Shown here in pieces: positions 41,165-51,508 of a stretch of 64,000 nucleotides of DNA (its first letter is position 1; the number at the start of each line of letters is the position of its first letter). The stretch spans positions 1,376,001-1,440,000 of the forward strand of contig CAWKDB010000002.1 in the NCBI GenBank assembly GCA_963848295.1. Direction: 5' to 3'. Made by a program: the position numbers and the translations under genes. Source of the DNA: an uncultured delta proteobacterium (GTDB lineage Bacteria > Myxococcota_A > Polyangia > Haliangiales > Haliangiaceae). The notes under the pieces were generated by a model. It did not search any database. It saw nothing but the letters and a program-made list of their open reading frames with translations, and was not told where the DNA came from.

Positions 41165-43476
41165 CAGACTTCGGGACGCTGATCTCATTGGAGTTGGGTT
41201 TCGAAGCGTAGGGGAAGGCGCTTGTGATCACTCGGCAGGATCAGGCCGCGCTGGGTAAGATGACCGAGCAGATGATGAATCGCGTCGAGCTCGGATCGAT
41301 TGGCTGCGGGCGCGAGGCGGACGATGATGGCGTGTTCGGTGATTGCCACCTTTGCCGGCGCGGCGAACAGGTTCGCGACGAGCTTCTTCGCCTCTCGGGG
41401 CCGGCTCATGTGCGGTGCGGCGATCGCGGCCAGCTCGGACTCGGCGTTGGCGCAGACGACGCGGATGACGTCGATGACAGTCTTGAGCTTGCCCGTGTGG
41501 CGGACGAGCTTGCCGGCGAGCTCGGTCTCTTCGACGGCGGCGTGCTTCGGAAACAGCGGGCGGAGCGCCTCGAGCTGCCGCTGCCATTCGAGCGACTCTG
41601 CGAGCTCGCGTTCGACACGCTCGCGTCGCTTGTCGTCCGCGGCCAGCCGCGCCAGCTCGCGGCGTGCGTCGCCCTCGGCGGTGCGCCAGACCCGCAGCGC
41701 GCGCTCGAGCTTTCGACGTGCCGGGTTCGGGATGATCGTCCCGGGTGGATACGGTTCGACGCGCCGGCCGTCGAGCTGGTTGATGCCCCAGCGCTCGACC
41801 CCGTGCTTGAAGCCGTTCTCCTGGCGCCAGCGGAGCCACAGGATCTCGACGAGCCGCTCCGCGGGCAGCTTCGAGGCGGCGAGCAAGCTCACCTGTCGAC
41901 CATCTTCGGTGCAGACCATGATGCGACGAAGGCGCCCGCGACCCTCGCCGAGATTTCGCAATCGGCTCTCGTGCAGCCCGACCTGTTCGCCCGCGATCGT
42001 CGCCGCTGTAAACGCCGTCGCCGGCAGCTCGGCGTAGGGCTTTCGCTCGTACGTGACGAAGTCGAAGTGGGCCTCGCGCAGCGCCGCGAGTTGCGCGGCA
42101 AACGCACCACCGCGATCGAAGGCGAGCAGGATCGTCTCGTCGGGGCCGAGCGCTTTGCGCAGGCGCTGGCCCAGGGGCAGCAGCCACTCGGTCAGGTGAT
42201 CGTGCGACGGCACCGGCACGCGAAACATCGGCCGGCCGTCCTCGTCGTGGACGTAGTAGTCGGTCGTCCCGGGCAGCACGCGCTTGGCCTGCATCCGCCA
42301 GCCCTTTCGCACGACATGCTTGCCCGTATACGGCCGTAGATGGTTGTCGACGTAGAAGATCGCCGGGGCGCCGTCGCTCGCTGCGGTTGCGATCAGCCGC
42401 TCGGCCATCCGTGCCTCCAGCGCGGCGCCGGCGTCGGTCTGTGCGAGCAATCGACCGAGGATCTTGCGGACCCCGCTGGCCGTGGGCACGCGCTCGGCGC
42501 GCAGCAGCGTCGCGCCGGTCGGTGTCGCGAGTCGGCGCACACCCTCGACGACGAATTGCTTGAGCGCGAGCGCACAGATCACCGCGTCGAGCGCGATCCG
42601 CAGCCCATCGGGATGCCGGCCCTCGAACGCGCGCTGCGCCTCTTCGTGCAGCCCCATCTCGCCGGCAAGCGCGAGCAAGATCCAGCAGCCGGCGTGCTGC
42701 ACGAGCTTTCCGCCGCGGACCGGCTGCGCCGTCATCGGCACCTGATCCTTGTCGTCGAATTCGTCGGCCGTGACCGGATCGTCGCCGAGGTCGACATCGC
42801 GATCCGGTCCGGCGATCAGCAGTGCGAGCTGCCCGGCGATCGCGGTCGGCGCGGCCTGCCGTGCCGCCTCGACAGGGCTCCCGGCGGCGCGCTCACGACG
42901 CCAGTCGTCCCAAACGCGCCACACCGTCGAATACACGAGGCGCTGTTTGCGCGGCTGTTCGCGGTGCGCGTCGATCGGCATTCGCCCCGCGTCGAACATC
43001 GCGTACCAAACAGTTCGCAACTCCCGCGTTACCTTCGTAACTCCTCCGCGTCGCGGTCCCAGCACCGCAGCAAACCCCGCGGCTTCTTCCTTCCGCCGCA
43101 GGCGCCGCAAATGTTCGTCCGTGATCCCGAATGCTGTTGCCAGTCGCCCGAGGTGGAACTGATCGGTTTTCGCGAGCGTCACTGCCAGTACGTTGCGAGG
43201 GCCGCGGTCATCGTCGTCCAGATCGAACCCGCCGATCAGCGTCCCGCCGATGTACACGCTCGCGATCGTGTCCCGGACGATCACCACCCCGTCCGACGAG
43301 AAACGCCGGATTTCGTGGGCGGGCTTTGGCGACGGCTCAGGCAAGGCGAGGTCGAGAGCTTCCATCGTTGCCAAGACAACCGCCAGCGATCCGAAATTCC
43401 CACAATCCATCGATCTAATCGAATTCTCGTAAACCCGCGTCATTCGATCAGTTCACGAAATGCGGCCCGAACTCTG
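41165..43476 (-). mobile_element. Nested IS (about 2312 bp) with one large DDE transposase
   Basis: IRs CAGACTTCGGGACGC / GCGGCCCGAACTCTG (13/15); TSD GCGCGC at 41159-41164 and 43477-43482 (or CGCG if the ends are 1 bp wider). Confidence 0.9.
41185..43365 (-). CDS. Large putative DDE transposase (IS4/IS1380-superfamily-like; family uncertain)
   Basis: N-terminal HTH-like region; YVDNH.RPY.G, AFDRGG, RWRQENGFK motifs. Confidence 0.8.
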   Translation of the reverse strand: MEALDLALPEPSPKPAHEIRRFSSDGVVIVRDTIASVYIGGTLIGGFDLDDDDRGPRNVLAVTLAKTDQFHLGRLATAFGITDEHLRRLRRKEEAAGFAAVLGPRRGGVTKVTRELRTVWYAMFDAGRMPIDAHREQPRKQRLVYSTVWRVWDDWRRERAAGSPVEAARQAAPTAIAGQLALLIAGPDRDVDLGDDPVTADEFDDKDQVPMTAQPVRGGKLVQHAGCWILLALAGEMGLHEEAQRAFEGRHPDGLRIALDAVICALALKQFVVEGVRRLATPTGATLLRAERVPTASGVRKILGRLLAQTDAGAALEARMAERLIATAASDGAPAIFYVDNHLRPYTGKHVVRKGWRMQAKRVLPGTTDYYVHDEDGRPMFRVPVPSHDHLTEWLLPLGQRLRKALGPDETILLAFDRGGAFAAQLAALREAHFDFVTYERKPYAELPATAFTAATIAGEQVGLHESRLRNLGEGRGRLRRIMVCTEDGRQVSLLAASKLPAERLVEILWLRWRQENGFKHGVERWGINQLDGRRVEPYPPGTIIPNPARRKLERALRVWRTAEGDARRELARLAADDKRRERVERELAESLEWQRQLEALRPLFPKHAAVEETELAGKLVRHTGKLKTVIDVIRVVCANAESELAAIAAPHMSRPREAKKLVANLFAAPAKVAITEHAIIVRLAPAANRSELDAIHHLLGHLTQRGLILPSDHKRLPLRFETQLQ

Positions 43477-43567
43477 GCGCGCGGTAGTAGCTCGCGCGGT
43501 TCACACCGAGCGCAAGACACGCGGCGATGATGCCGACGATCGGGATCAGAGACACGAGCCCCTGCAT
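43477..43567 (-). pseudogene. IS3-like orfB N-terminal fragment
   Basis: MQGLVSLIPIVGIIAACLALGVNRASYYRA; joins in frame to QKPKAPMKP at 41158 once the nested IS is removed. Confidence 0.8.
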
Positions 43568-44079
43568 CACCGGCGCCTCCGGGCGGAGGTCTCCGGGCCG
43601 CGCGCGAAGTCTTCCGCCGTCGGCTCCGCCAGCGTCTCCCCCAACAAGCTTGCTACTTTTTTTTGGACGTCGATGATCGTGTTGGCCTTGTACAGCTCGT
43701 GCTGGAGCTTCGCGTTCTCGCGCTCGAGCCGAGCGACCTCTTCGGCAAGCGCGTTCTTGCTCGCCTTGCGACCGCGCTTCCTCGGCGCGAGCCCGGCGAG
43801 CTCGCCGGCGTCGCGCTCACGCCGCCAGACCGTGAGGTGCGACGAGTACAGCCCCTCGCGGCGCAGCAGCTCGCCGACCGCGCCCTCCGCCCCCGACGCC
43901 ACCGCCGCGTCCGCCTCCCGAACGATGCGGAGCTTGTACTCAGCCGCGAACGTTCGCCGCTTCGGACGCGCCGGCGTGGTGGGGCTCTCCGGAACGCCCG
44001 AGCGGGCGGCCTCCCGGACCGCGGACGCTGTCCCCTCGCGTGGAGGAGCAACGCCGTTCTTCTTGACCATGTTCAACAT
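43567..44079 (-). CDS. IS3-like orfA (HTH + coiled coil)
   Basis: RRTFAAEYKLRIV.EAD, LLRREGLYSSHL..WRR, LERENAKL, IIDVQKKV. Confidence 0.88.
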   Translation of the reverse strand: MLNMVKKNGVAPPREGTASAVREAARSGVPESPTTPARPKRRTFAAEYKLRIVREADAAVASGAEGAVGELLRREGLYSSHLTVWRRERDAGELAGLAPRKRGRKASKNALAEEVARLERENAKLQHELYKANTIIDVQKKVASLLGETLAEPTAEDFARGPETSARRRR

Positions 44080-44330
44080 CGTGACCGGATTCCTGCTCGC
44101 CCTCGACGGTAATTTCGACCAGGCTCGCTGTCTCAGTCACGTTGGCACAGAGGGGTCCGAGCCGGGCTCGGATGCTGGTCAATAGCCGTGATAGCCAATG
44201 AGAATCGCGATGGTGTCTAGCCACCGGATCCGCTCGAACGTCGACGGCCGCATGACCATCACAGGAGCGCCGCCCCAAGGCGTGCAAGAGCGGCTGGCCG
44301 GGACTCCCACGAGGTCAGTCACGATGAGTC

Positions 44331-45017
44331 TTATCTAGTTCGTTGGGACGTGACCCCAAAATTCTGGACCACGCGAAGTGTCCGATCTTTACTCAGCGTC
44401 AGTTGATCCCCGGCTGAGCCAGCGATCAAGTTGGCGACATCGGCGTTCTGCAAGTTGTACTCGAAGCCGGACAGGCTCGTCGCGGCGACTTGCGGCGCCC
44501 CGGCGGTCGCGTTGCTCTCCATGGCGTACGCGGTCGTAGCGCTGCCGGGCGAGAACATCTGGAGCTGGTCGGTCGACTGCCACGGCGCGAGGCCAGTGAC
44601 GTTGAACGTCAGCTCGGTCGGCGCGGTGGCGCGGCGGTCGTCCGGGCGCCCGACGAGCGAGTAGCTCAGGTCCACGGTGTCGCCGGTCATCTCGAGGTAG
44701 CGCGTGCCGATGACGAGATAGAACGATCCGACTGGGAGGTTCGGGATCGAGAACGTTCCGTCCGAACTGCCGGCGCCGCTGTATTCGGTGAACGACGGTA
44801 GAGCCAACGCGGAGATCGGTATCGCCGACAGATCGATGGGCAAGGTCATGTCGCCGGCCGGGTTGACGAACGTGATGTCGAGCGTGCCCGACACCGTGCG
44901 CAACATCGGAGCATCCGGCGGCGCGTCGACGCTCGCATCGGGCGAGCTGTGGTTGCTCGAGCCTCCGCATCCAACGACCAAGAGTGCTAACCCCGACCCC
45001 AACGCCTGCATGTTCAT
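44331..45017 (-). pseudogene. Lipoprotein gene, apparently 3'-truncated near 44390
   Basis: LVVGC lipobox; the last 17 codons run into an IS-end-like sequence. Confidence 0.55.
44344..44372. mobile_element. Possible orphan IS3-family terminal repeat
   Basis: TGGGACGTGACCCCAAAATTCTGGACCAC resembles the TG....GACCCC(A)n..TGGAC ends of IS3-family elements; no partner end found. Confidence 0.4.
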
Positions 45018-45104
45018 GATGCGGAATCTAACGCAGCCGGGGCCGGCCTGCTGGAAATTGTAAGGCTCAGATCTCTCGGCCGGTGTGAGCTTGGCCGCGC
45101 CGAT

Positions 45105-45902
45105 CTAACGGCCCGCCGCCAAGTCGTCGCTCTGGATCTCGATCTCGCCCGATGCGCTCGAGACCTGGTCCGACGTGATCGGCGGAGCGGGCGTCCAGCG
45201 CAGCGATGCAAAGCGCGGCTCGACGAGTAGCTCGCTCGCGAGCGCGCGCACTTCGCCGGCGGTGGGCCGGAGCTCGGCTTGCGGCGTGGTCATCTTCGCG
45301 ATCAGCCGGGCGAGCGATCTCGGCGTGCTCGGTGGCGGCAGCTCGTTCGCGGAAGGGAACCGTCCGAGCAGCGCGCGGAACGCGATCACGCCGAGCGCGT
45401 AGACGTCGACCCGACCATCGTGCGCGCGGCCGCGTTCGGGCGCGGCGTAGACGCCGGTGTCGGCGGGCGCGGCCCAGTCGGCGATGCACACCGGGAACGG
45501 CAGCTCGCCGGTCGACAGCGTGATGCTGCGCAGCGCGAGCGCGCCGTGGATCACGCCGCGGGCGTGGGCGTAGTCGAGCACGGTCGCGATCTCGCGGACC
45601 AGCGCGGCGAGCTCGCTCGGCTCGAGCGTACGCTTCGCGACGATGTCGTAGAGCGGCATGCCGTTCGGGATCTCGGTCGCACTCCACGGTCGGCCATCGA
45701 GCACGCCGCGCGCGAGGATCGTGGCGACGCCGGGATGCGCCTCGATCGCGCGTAGCGCGGTGGCATCGGCTCCGAGCTCGAGGATCACGTGCCGCCCTCG
45801 CCCGTCGACCGCGCGGTGACCGCCGCCCGGCGCCGACGCGAGCACTCTCAGGTCGCCGATGACGGCGCCGATCGCGAGCTCAGGACGACGGTGTGAGGCC
45901 AC
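45105..45902 (-). CDS. Ser/Thr protein kinase-like protein (probable pseudokinase)
   Basis: HPGVA, LDYAHARGVIHGAL (HRD replaced), IADWA (DFG replaced), YAAPE, DVYALG. Confidence 0.75.
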   Translation of the reverse strand: MASHRRPELAIGAVIGDLRVLASAPGGGHRAVDGRGRHVILELGADATALRAIEAHPGVATILARGVLDGRPWSATEIPNGMPLYDIVAKRTLEPSELAALVREIATVLDYAHARGVIHGALALRSITLSTGELPFPVCIADWAAPADTGVYAAPERGRAHDGRVDVYALGVIAFRALLGRFPSANELPPPSTPRSLARLIAKMTTPQAELRPTAGEVRALASELLVEPRFASLRWTPAPPITSDQVSSASGEIEIQSDDLAAGR

Positions 45903-46108
45903 TGCGCGACCTCATTAGCATCCAATAGAGCGCGGCCGAGAGGCCGAAACCAACGAACCATGACCAGTTGTAGAGCGGACGCATCGGTTCCCAGAAGCGA
46001 CCGAGCAACGCGACGACCGTGCCAGCTAACGTCGCGAACACCGCCGCGAAGTTCCAGCCGTTGTTGTAGCGATACGCGCCATCCGAGACGTAGAGCGATT
46101 TCAGATCG
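45901..46108. repeat. Direct repeat copy 1: displaced 3' end of the NCS1 gene
   Basis: 208-bp ungapped match to 46690-46897, 15 mismatches by hand count. Confidence 0.93.
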
Positions 46109-46400
46109 GGGAGCGTCGCTTACTCCAGTAGCCCGGGCGCCGGCTTTGGTGGGCGATCGCGACGACGATGGTTCGTTGCGGGTGCGTTCTGTAGATGACC
46201 GCGAATGGAAAACGATGGAGCAACAACCTCCGGGTTCCGAGCAGATACACCGGGAATCGGTTCGGTGCGCTTGCGACGCGGTCGATCGCGCGATCTAACG
46301 CGCCGATGAAGCGCTCGGCGACGGCAGCATCGATCGCGCGATATCGCAGGAATGCGGCCCGAGCTTCCGCCTCGGCGGCGGGATGAAGCTCGAGGGCCAC
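46101..46400 (-). CDS. ParE/RelE family toxin
   Basis: HP.AEAE, RRLLLHRFPFAVIY, IVVAIAHQSRRPGYW. Confidence 0.9.
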   Translation of the reverse strand: MALELHPAAEAEARAAFLRYRAIDAAVAERFIGALDRAIDRVASAPNRFPVYLLGTRRLLLHRFPFAVIYRTHPQRTIVVAIAHQSRRPGYWSKRRSPI

Positions 46401-46403
46401 GCC

Positions 46404-46643
46404 TCAGTCCTCGCGAACGATTCTCTGCCGCGCTTCTGCCCACGGCACGGTCTGCACTTCGCCCGCATCGACCTGGCGCAGCCGTTCGGCAAGCTCGGCG
46501 CTCCACACCGCTTCGTGCTCGGCTGCATCGAGCACGTCGTCGGCGGCGTCGAGGCTGCCAAGCAGGTCGTTCGCAAGCCGAGCTCGTGCTTCGATGGGTA
46601 GGCGCAGCGCCTCGTCATGCACCTTCGAAGGATCCATCGACAT
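46404..46643 (-). CDS. Addiction module antitoxin component
   Basis: EALRLP..ARA.LA..LL.SL, W..E...R....DAG....VPW.E. Confidence 0.88.
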   Translation of the reverse strand: MSMDPSKVHDEALRLPIEARARLANDLLGSLDAADDVLDAAEHEAVWSAELAERLRQVDAGEVQTVPWAEARQRIVRED

Positions 46644-46653
46644 CGAATCGAGT

Positions 46654-48172
46654 CTAGCGCGGGGGAGGCGATCGCGGAACAACTTCGCAACTGCGCGACC
46701 TCATTAGCATCCAATAGAGCGCCGCCGACAGGCCGAAACCAACGAACCATGACCAGTTGTAGAGCGGACGCATCGGTTCCCAGAACCGGCCGAGCAACGC
46801 GACGGCGGTGCCCGCTAAGGTCGCGAACACCGCGGCGAAGTTCCAGCCGTCGTTGTAGCGATACGCGCCATCGGCGACGTACAGCGACCTCAGATCGAGC
46901 GTCTTCTTGCGCAGGATCCAGTAGTCGACGATCAACACGCCGGCGACCGAGCCGAGCGCTCCCGCGTAACCGACGAGCCAGCCGATGATGTAGCTGTTCG
47001 CATCCTTCAGGATCTCCCACGGGAACATGCAGACGCCGATGATCCCGGTGATCAGGCCGCCGCGCCGGAAGTTGATGTGCTTCGGGAACGCGTTCGCGAA
47101 GTCGTTCGCGGGCGACACCACGTTCGCCGCGATGTTGACCGCGAGCGTCGCGATCACGATCGTGAACATCGCGAGGCCGACGACGAGCCGGCTGCCGAAC
47201 ATCGCGCCGAGCTCGATCGGGTCGGCAGATCGCGTGGCCGTGGATCAGGATCGTGGCCGACGTGATCGTGATGCCCATCGCGGCGAACACGGTCATCGTC
47301 GTCGGTAGCGCGACGACCTGGCCGATCATCTGCTCGCGCTGCGACCGCCCGAACCGGGTGAAGTCCGGCATGTTGAGCGACAGCGTCGACCAGAACGCGA
47401 TCGTCGCGGTCAGCGCCGTGATGAACACGGTGCCGAACGTATCGGGGGGCGCGTTCGAGCCCGGCGGCGGCTTCGGCGCGACGAACGACGTGCGCTCGAG
47501 CAACGGCCCGAGGCCGCCGGCGCCGTGGATCGCCCACGCGACGAGCAGCGCGGTCATCACGAGCACGAACGGCGCGGCGAACCGCTCGACCCGGCGCAGC
47601 ACGTCCATGCCGCGGAAGATGATCAGGATGTTCAGCCCCCAGAACAGCGCGAACGCGATCCACTGCGTCGTCGGGTAGCCGTCGAAGTCGCCGAGCCAGT
47701 GCAGCCAGTCGGCGTCGATCGACGTGAAGAACGCCTGCAGCGCCTGGCCGCCGATCCACGTGTTGATGCCAAACCAGCCGCACGCGATCAACGCGCGCAT
47801 CAACGCGGGCACGTTCGAGCCCTTCGTGCCGTACGCGGCGCGCGCGAACACCGGGAACGGGATGCCGTACTTCGTGCCGGGATGCGAGTTGAGCAAGATC
47901 GGCACGAGCACGATCAGGTTGCCGAGCAAGATCGTCACGAGCGCTTGCCACCACGCCATGCCCTTGTCGATCAGGTCCGACGCCATCTTGTAGGTCGGAA
48001 TGCAGTGCGCCATCGAGATCCACAGCGCGCTGTAGTCCCACGTCGTCCAGGTCCGGCGCGCGACCGCGACCGGCGCGAGGTCGTGGCTGTACAGCGGCGA
48101 GCCGGCGAGCGCTTCGGGATCGGCCAGCTCCACGCGGCCATCGGGGTAATGAATCTCGGCGGAGGCGCTCAC
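46654..48172 (-). CDS. NCS1 family nucleobase permease (frameshift near 47228)
   Basis: DLAPV...RRTW, LWISM, GTKYGIPFPV, ACGWFGI, LSLNMPDFTRF, NIAANVVSPANDF. Confidence 0.9.
46690..46897. repeat. Direct repeat copy 2: current 3' end of the NCS1 gene
   Basis: Match to 45901-46108 at offset 789. Confidence 0.93.
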
Positions 48173-48183
48173 CGGCCGCGACC

Positions 48184-51100
48184 CTACACCGGTTCGGCGG
48201 CGCCCAGCTCCTCGGGGTTGCGTTTGCGGCGGGTGAACCGATGGAGCATCAGGTACGTGACCGGCGTCGTGAACAGCGTCAACAGCTGCGACATCGCGAG
48301 CCCGCCGACGATCGCGATGCCGAGCGGCCGGCGCAGCTCCGCGCCCGTTCCGGATCCGAGCGCGAGCGGCAGCGCGCCGAGCAGCGCGGCGAGCGTCGTC
48401 ATCAAGATCGGCCGGAACCGCAGCTTCGCGGCTTCGAAGATCGCGAGCTCGGGCGCGGCGCCTTCGCGTTCGCGCTCGAGCGCGAAGTCGACCATCAGGA
48501 TCGCGTTCTTCTTGACGATACCGATCAACAAGATCACGCCGATCATCGCGATCACGCTGAGGTCGGTGTGCGTGATGATCAGCGCGAGCAGCGCGCCGAT
48601 GCCGGCCGACGGCAACGTCGACAAGATCGTGATCGGATGGATGTAGCTCTCGTAGAGCATGCCGAGCACGATGTAGACGCAGAGCAACGCGATGAGCAGC
48701 AGGACCGGCTCGGTCGCGATCGAGTCCTTGAACGCCTGCGCGGTGCCGCTGAACGTGCCGTGAGATGCTCGCCGGCATGCCGATCTTGAGCGGTCGCGCT
48801 CTCGACCGCCGCGATCGCCTGGCCGAGCGCGACGCCGTCGGCGAGGTTGAACGAGATCACCGAGTCGCTGGAAACTGGCTCTGATGCCCGACCGAGAGCG
48901 CGACGTGCGAGCGCACGACGTGCGCGATCGCCGACAACGGCACCTGGCGCATGGGTCGCGGACGTCACGTAGATCCGGTCGAGCGCCTCCGGTCCGGTGC
49001 CGACCTCGTCCGGCGCCGCTTCGAGCACGACGCGATACTGGTTGACCTGGGTGTAGAACACGGCGACCTGACGCTGGCCGAACGCGTCGTACAGCGCGTT
49101 GTCGACCGCCGCTTCGGTGATCCCGAACCGCGACGCGGTATCGCGGTCGACCATGATGTCGAGCTCGAGGCCGTCGAGTCTGCAGATCCGAGTTGACGTC
49201 CTTGAGCTGGGGGAGCTTGCGCAGCGCCTTGGTCACGAGCGGCGCCCAGTGGTTGAGCTCGTCGAGGTTCTGCATCGTCGAGCGCGAACTGGTACAGCGC
49301 GCGCGAGCCGCGCCCACCGATGCGGAGATCCTGGACCGATTGGAGGATCAGGCGGATGCCCTGGACCTTCGCGAGCTTCGGGACGCAGGCGATCGATGAC
49401 CTGGTCGGCGGTCGACTTGCGACCGGGCTTGCGGCTTGAGCGAGATGAACAGCGAGCCGGTGTTGATCGTCGACGACCCGAAGCCGCCGATGCTCGAGAT
49501 CACGTGGTCGACGTCGCGATCCGCCTTGACGATCGCATTGATCTCTTGCTGGCGCTCCTTCATCGCCGCGTACGAGATGTCTTGGGGGCCGAACGACTGG
49601 CCGCCGAGCATCCCGGTGTCCTGCTGCGGGAACAGCGTGCGCGCGACCGGTTGGTTGTTCGCGAAGATGTCGTAGAACGTGTACGCGGTGCCGCCGCACG
49701 TGCCGAGCGTCAAGACGAACACGAGGTTCTTGTGGCGCAGTACGGCCTTGAGCGCGCGGCCGTAGCCGTCGATCAAGCGGGAGAGGCCGCGATCGAGCAA
49801 GCGGCCGATCGAGCTCACCTCGTGCGGTCGACTCGGGCGCAACAACCGCGAGCACATCATCGGCGTGAGGGTCAGCGAGATGATCGCCGACATCACGACC
49901 GCGACCGCGAGCGTGACCGCGAACTCGCGGAAGTACTCGCCGACCAGGCCGCCCATGAACAGCATCGGGATGAACACCGCGAGCAGCGAGGTCGTGATGC
50001 TGACGATCGTGAAGCCGATCTCGCGGGCGCCGTCGAGCGCGGCCGTGATCGGGGCGACGCCGCGCTCGATATGGCGCGTGATGTTCTCGGTCACGACGAT
50101 CGCGTCGTCGACCACGAAGCCGGTCGCGATCGTCAGCGCCATGAGCGACAGGTTGTCGATGCTATAGCCGACCAAGTACATCACGCCGAACGTGCCGACC
50201 AGCGACAGCGGCACGACGACGCTGGGGATCGACGTCGCACGGCCCGAGCGTAGGAACACGAGGACGACCAGGATCACCAGGCCGATCGCGATCGCCAGCG
50301 TGCGCTCGACGTCGTGGACCGAAGCGCGGATCGTCGTCGAGCGATCGATCGCGATCTCCATGTCGATGCCCGGCGGGATCGACCTTGGCGAGCTCGGGCA
50401 TCAGGTCCTTGATCCGATCGATGACCTCGAGGATGTTCGCGCCGGGTTGGCGGCGGACGATCACCGCGACGGTGCGCTGGCCGTCGAACCACGCCGACAC
50501 GCGTTGGTTCTCGACATCGTTCGTCACGGTCGCGACATCGCCGAGTCGTACCGCGCCGCCGGCGAGACCCGTCGTCGCCGGCGTGACGCTCGCGCCGGAA
50601 CCCGCGCCGGCGGTGACCACGGAGCTCGCGCCGATCCCGGTCCCGGCGAGGCCGCCGTTCGGCGAGCCCGTGCCGGGTGCGGCCGCCGTCGGTGCGGCCC
50701 CCGCGCCGACCACGATCGTCGTCGTGCTCGGCGTCGGCTGCGCGAGCTGATCGCCGGGCTGCGCCCAGTGCACGATGACCTTCTTCCACTGCTCGGCGTC
50801 GGTCAGCTGGTCGTCGTCTCCGATCGACTCCCACCGGGATTCGCCGACGCCGCCCTTCGGTTGATTCGCGGTGGCCGCGGCGACCGAGGCGCGAATGTCC
50901 TCGAGCCCGATCCCCATCCCGGCGAGGAACGCCGGGTCGACCCGGATCCGCACCGCGGGCTGCACGCCGCCACCGACGCCGACCTGACCGACTCCGGGGA
51001 CCTGCTGGATCTTCTGCGCGAGGATCGTGTTCGCGGCCTCGAACACCTGAGGCAACGGGATCGACTTCGATCGCAGCGACAGGATCAGGATCGGCGAGTC

Positions 51101-51508
51101 GGCCGGGTTGACCTTGCGGAACCTCGGCACGGTGGGCAGGTTCGGCGGTAGATCGCCGCCCGCGGCGTTGATCGCGGCCTGGATGTCGCGCGCCGCGCCT
51201 TCGATATCGCGGTCGAGCCCGAACTGCACGGTGATGCTCGTCGTCCCGAGCGCGCTCGTCGAGGTGATCTCGGTCACGCCGGCGATCCGTCCGAACCGGC
51301 GCTCGAGCGGCATCGCGACCGAGGTCGCCATCGTGGTCGGGCTCGCGCCGGGCAGCGCCGCGCTGACGTTGATCGTCGGCAGATCGACGCGAGGCAGCGG
51401 CGACGACCGGGAGCTGCGGTGAACGCGGCCGCGCCCGACGAGCAGGATCGCCGCGGCGAGCAACGACGTCGCGATCGGCCGGCGGATGAACGGCGCGGAC
51501 AGGTTCAC
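48184..51508 (-). CDS. mdtC: RND efflux transporter MdtC-like (multiple frameshifts)
   Basis: [59 protein letters not shown], distributed over several frames. Confidence 0.85.

Larger units (their letters stand above)
40139..44154 (-). mobile_element. IS3-family-like element interrupted by a second IS
   Basis: 25-bp imperfect IRs CGGTGCGTGTCAACGACTTTGAGAC / GTCTCAGTCACGTTGGCACAGAGGG (16/25); candidate 3-bp TSD GTC at 40136-40138 and 44155-44157. Confidence 0.8.

Noticed and set aside
45901..46897. Repeat pair as a diversity-generating retroelement TR/VR
   Set aside because: Mismatches are mostly G/C swaps at synonymous sites, not adenine-specific, and there is no reverse transcriptase in the window.
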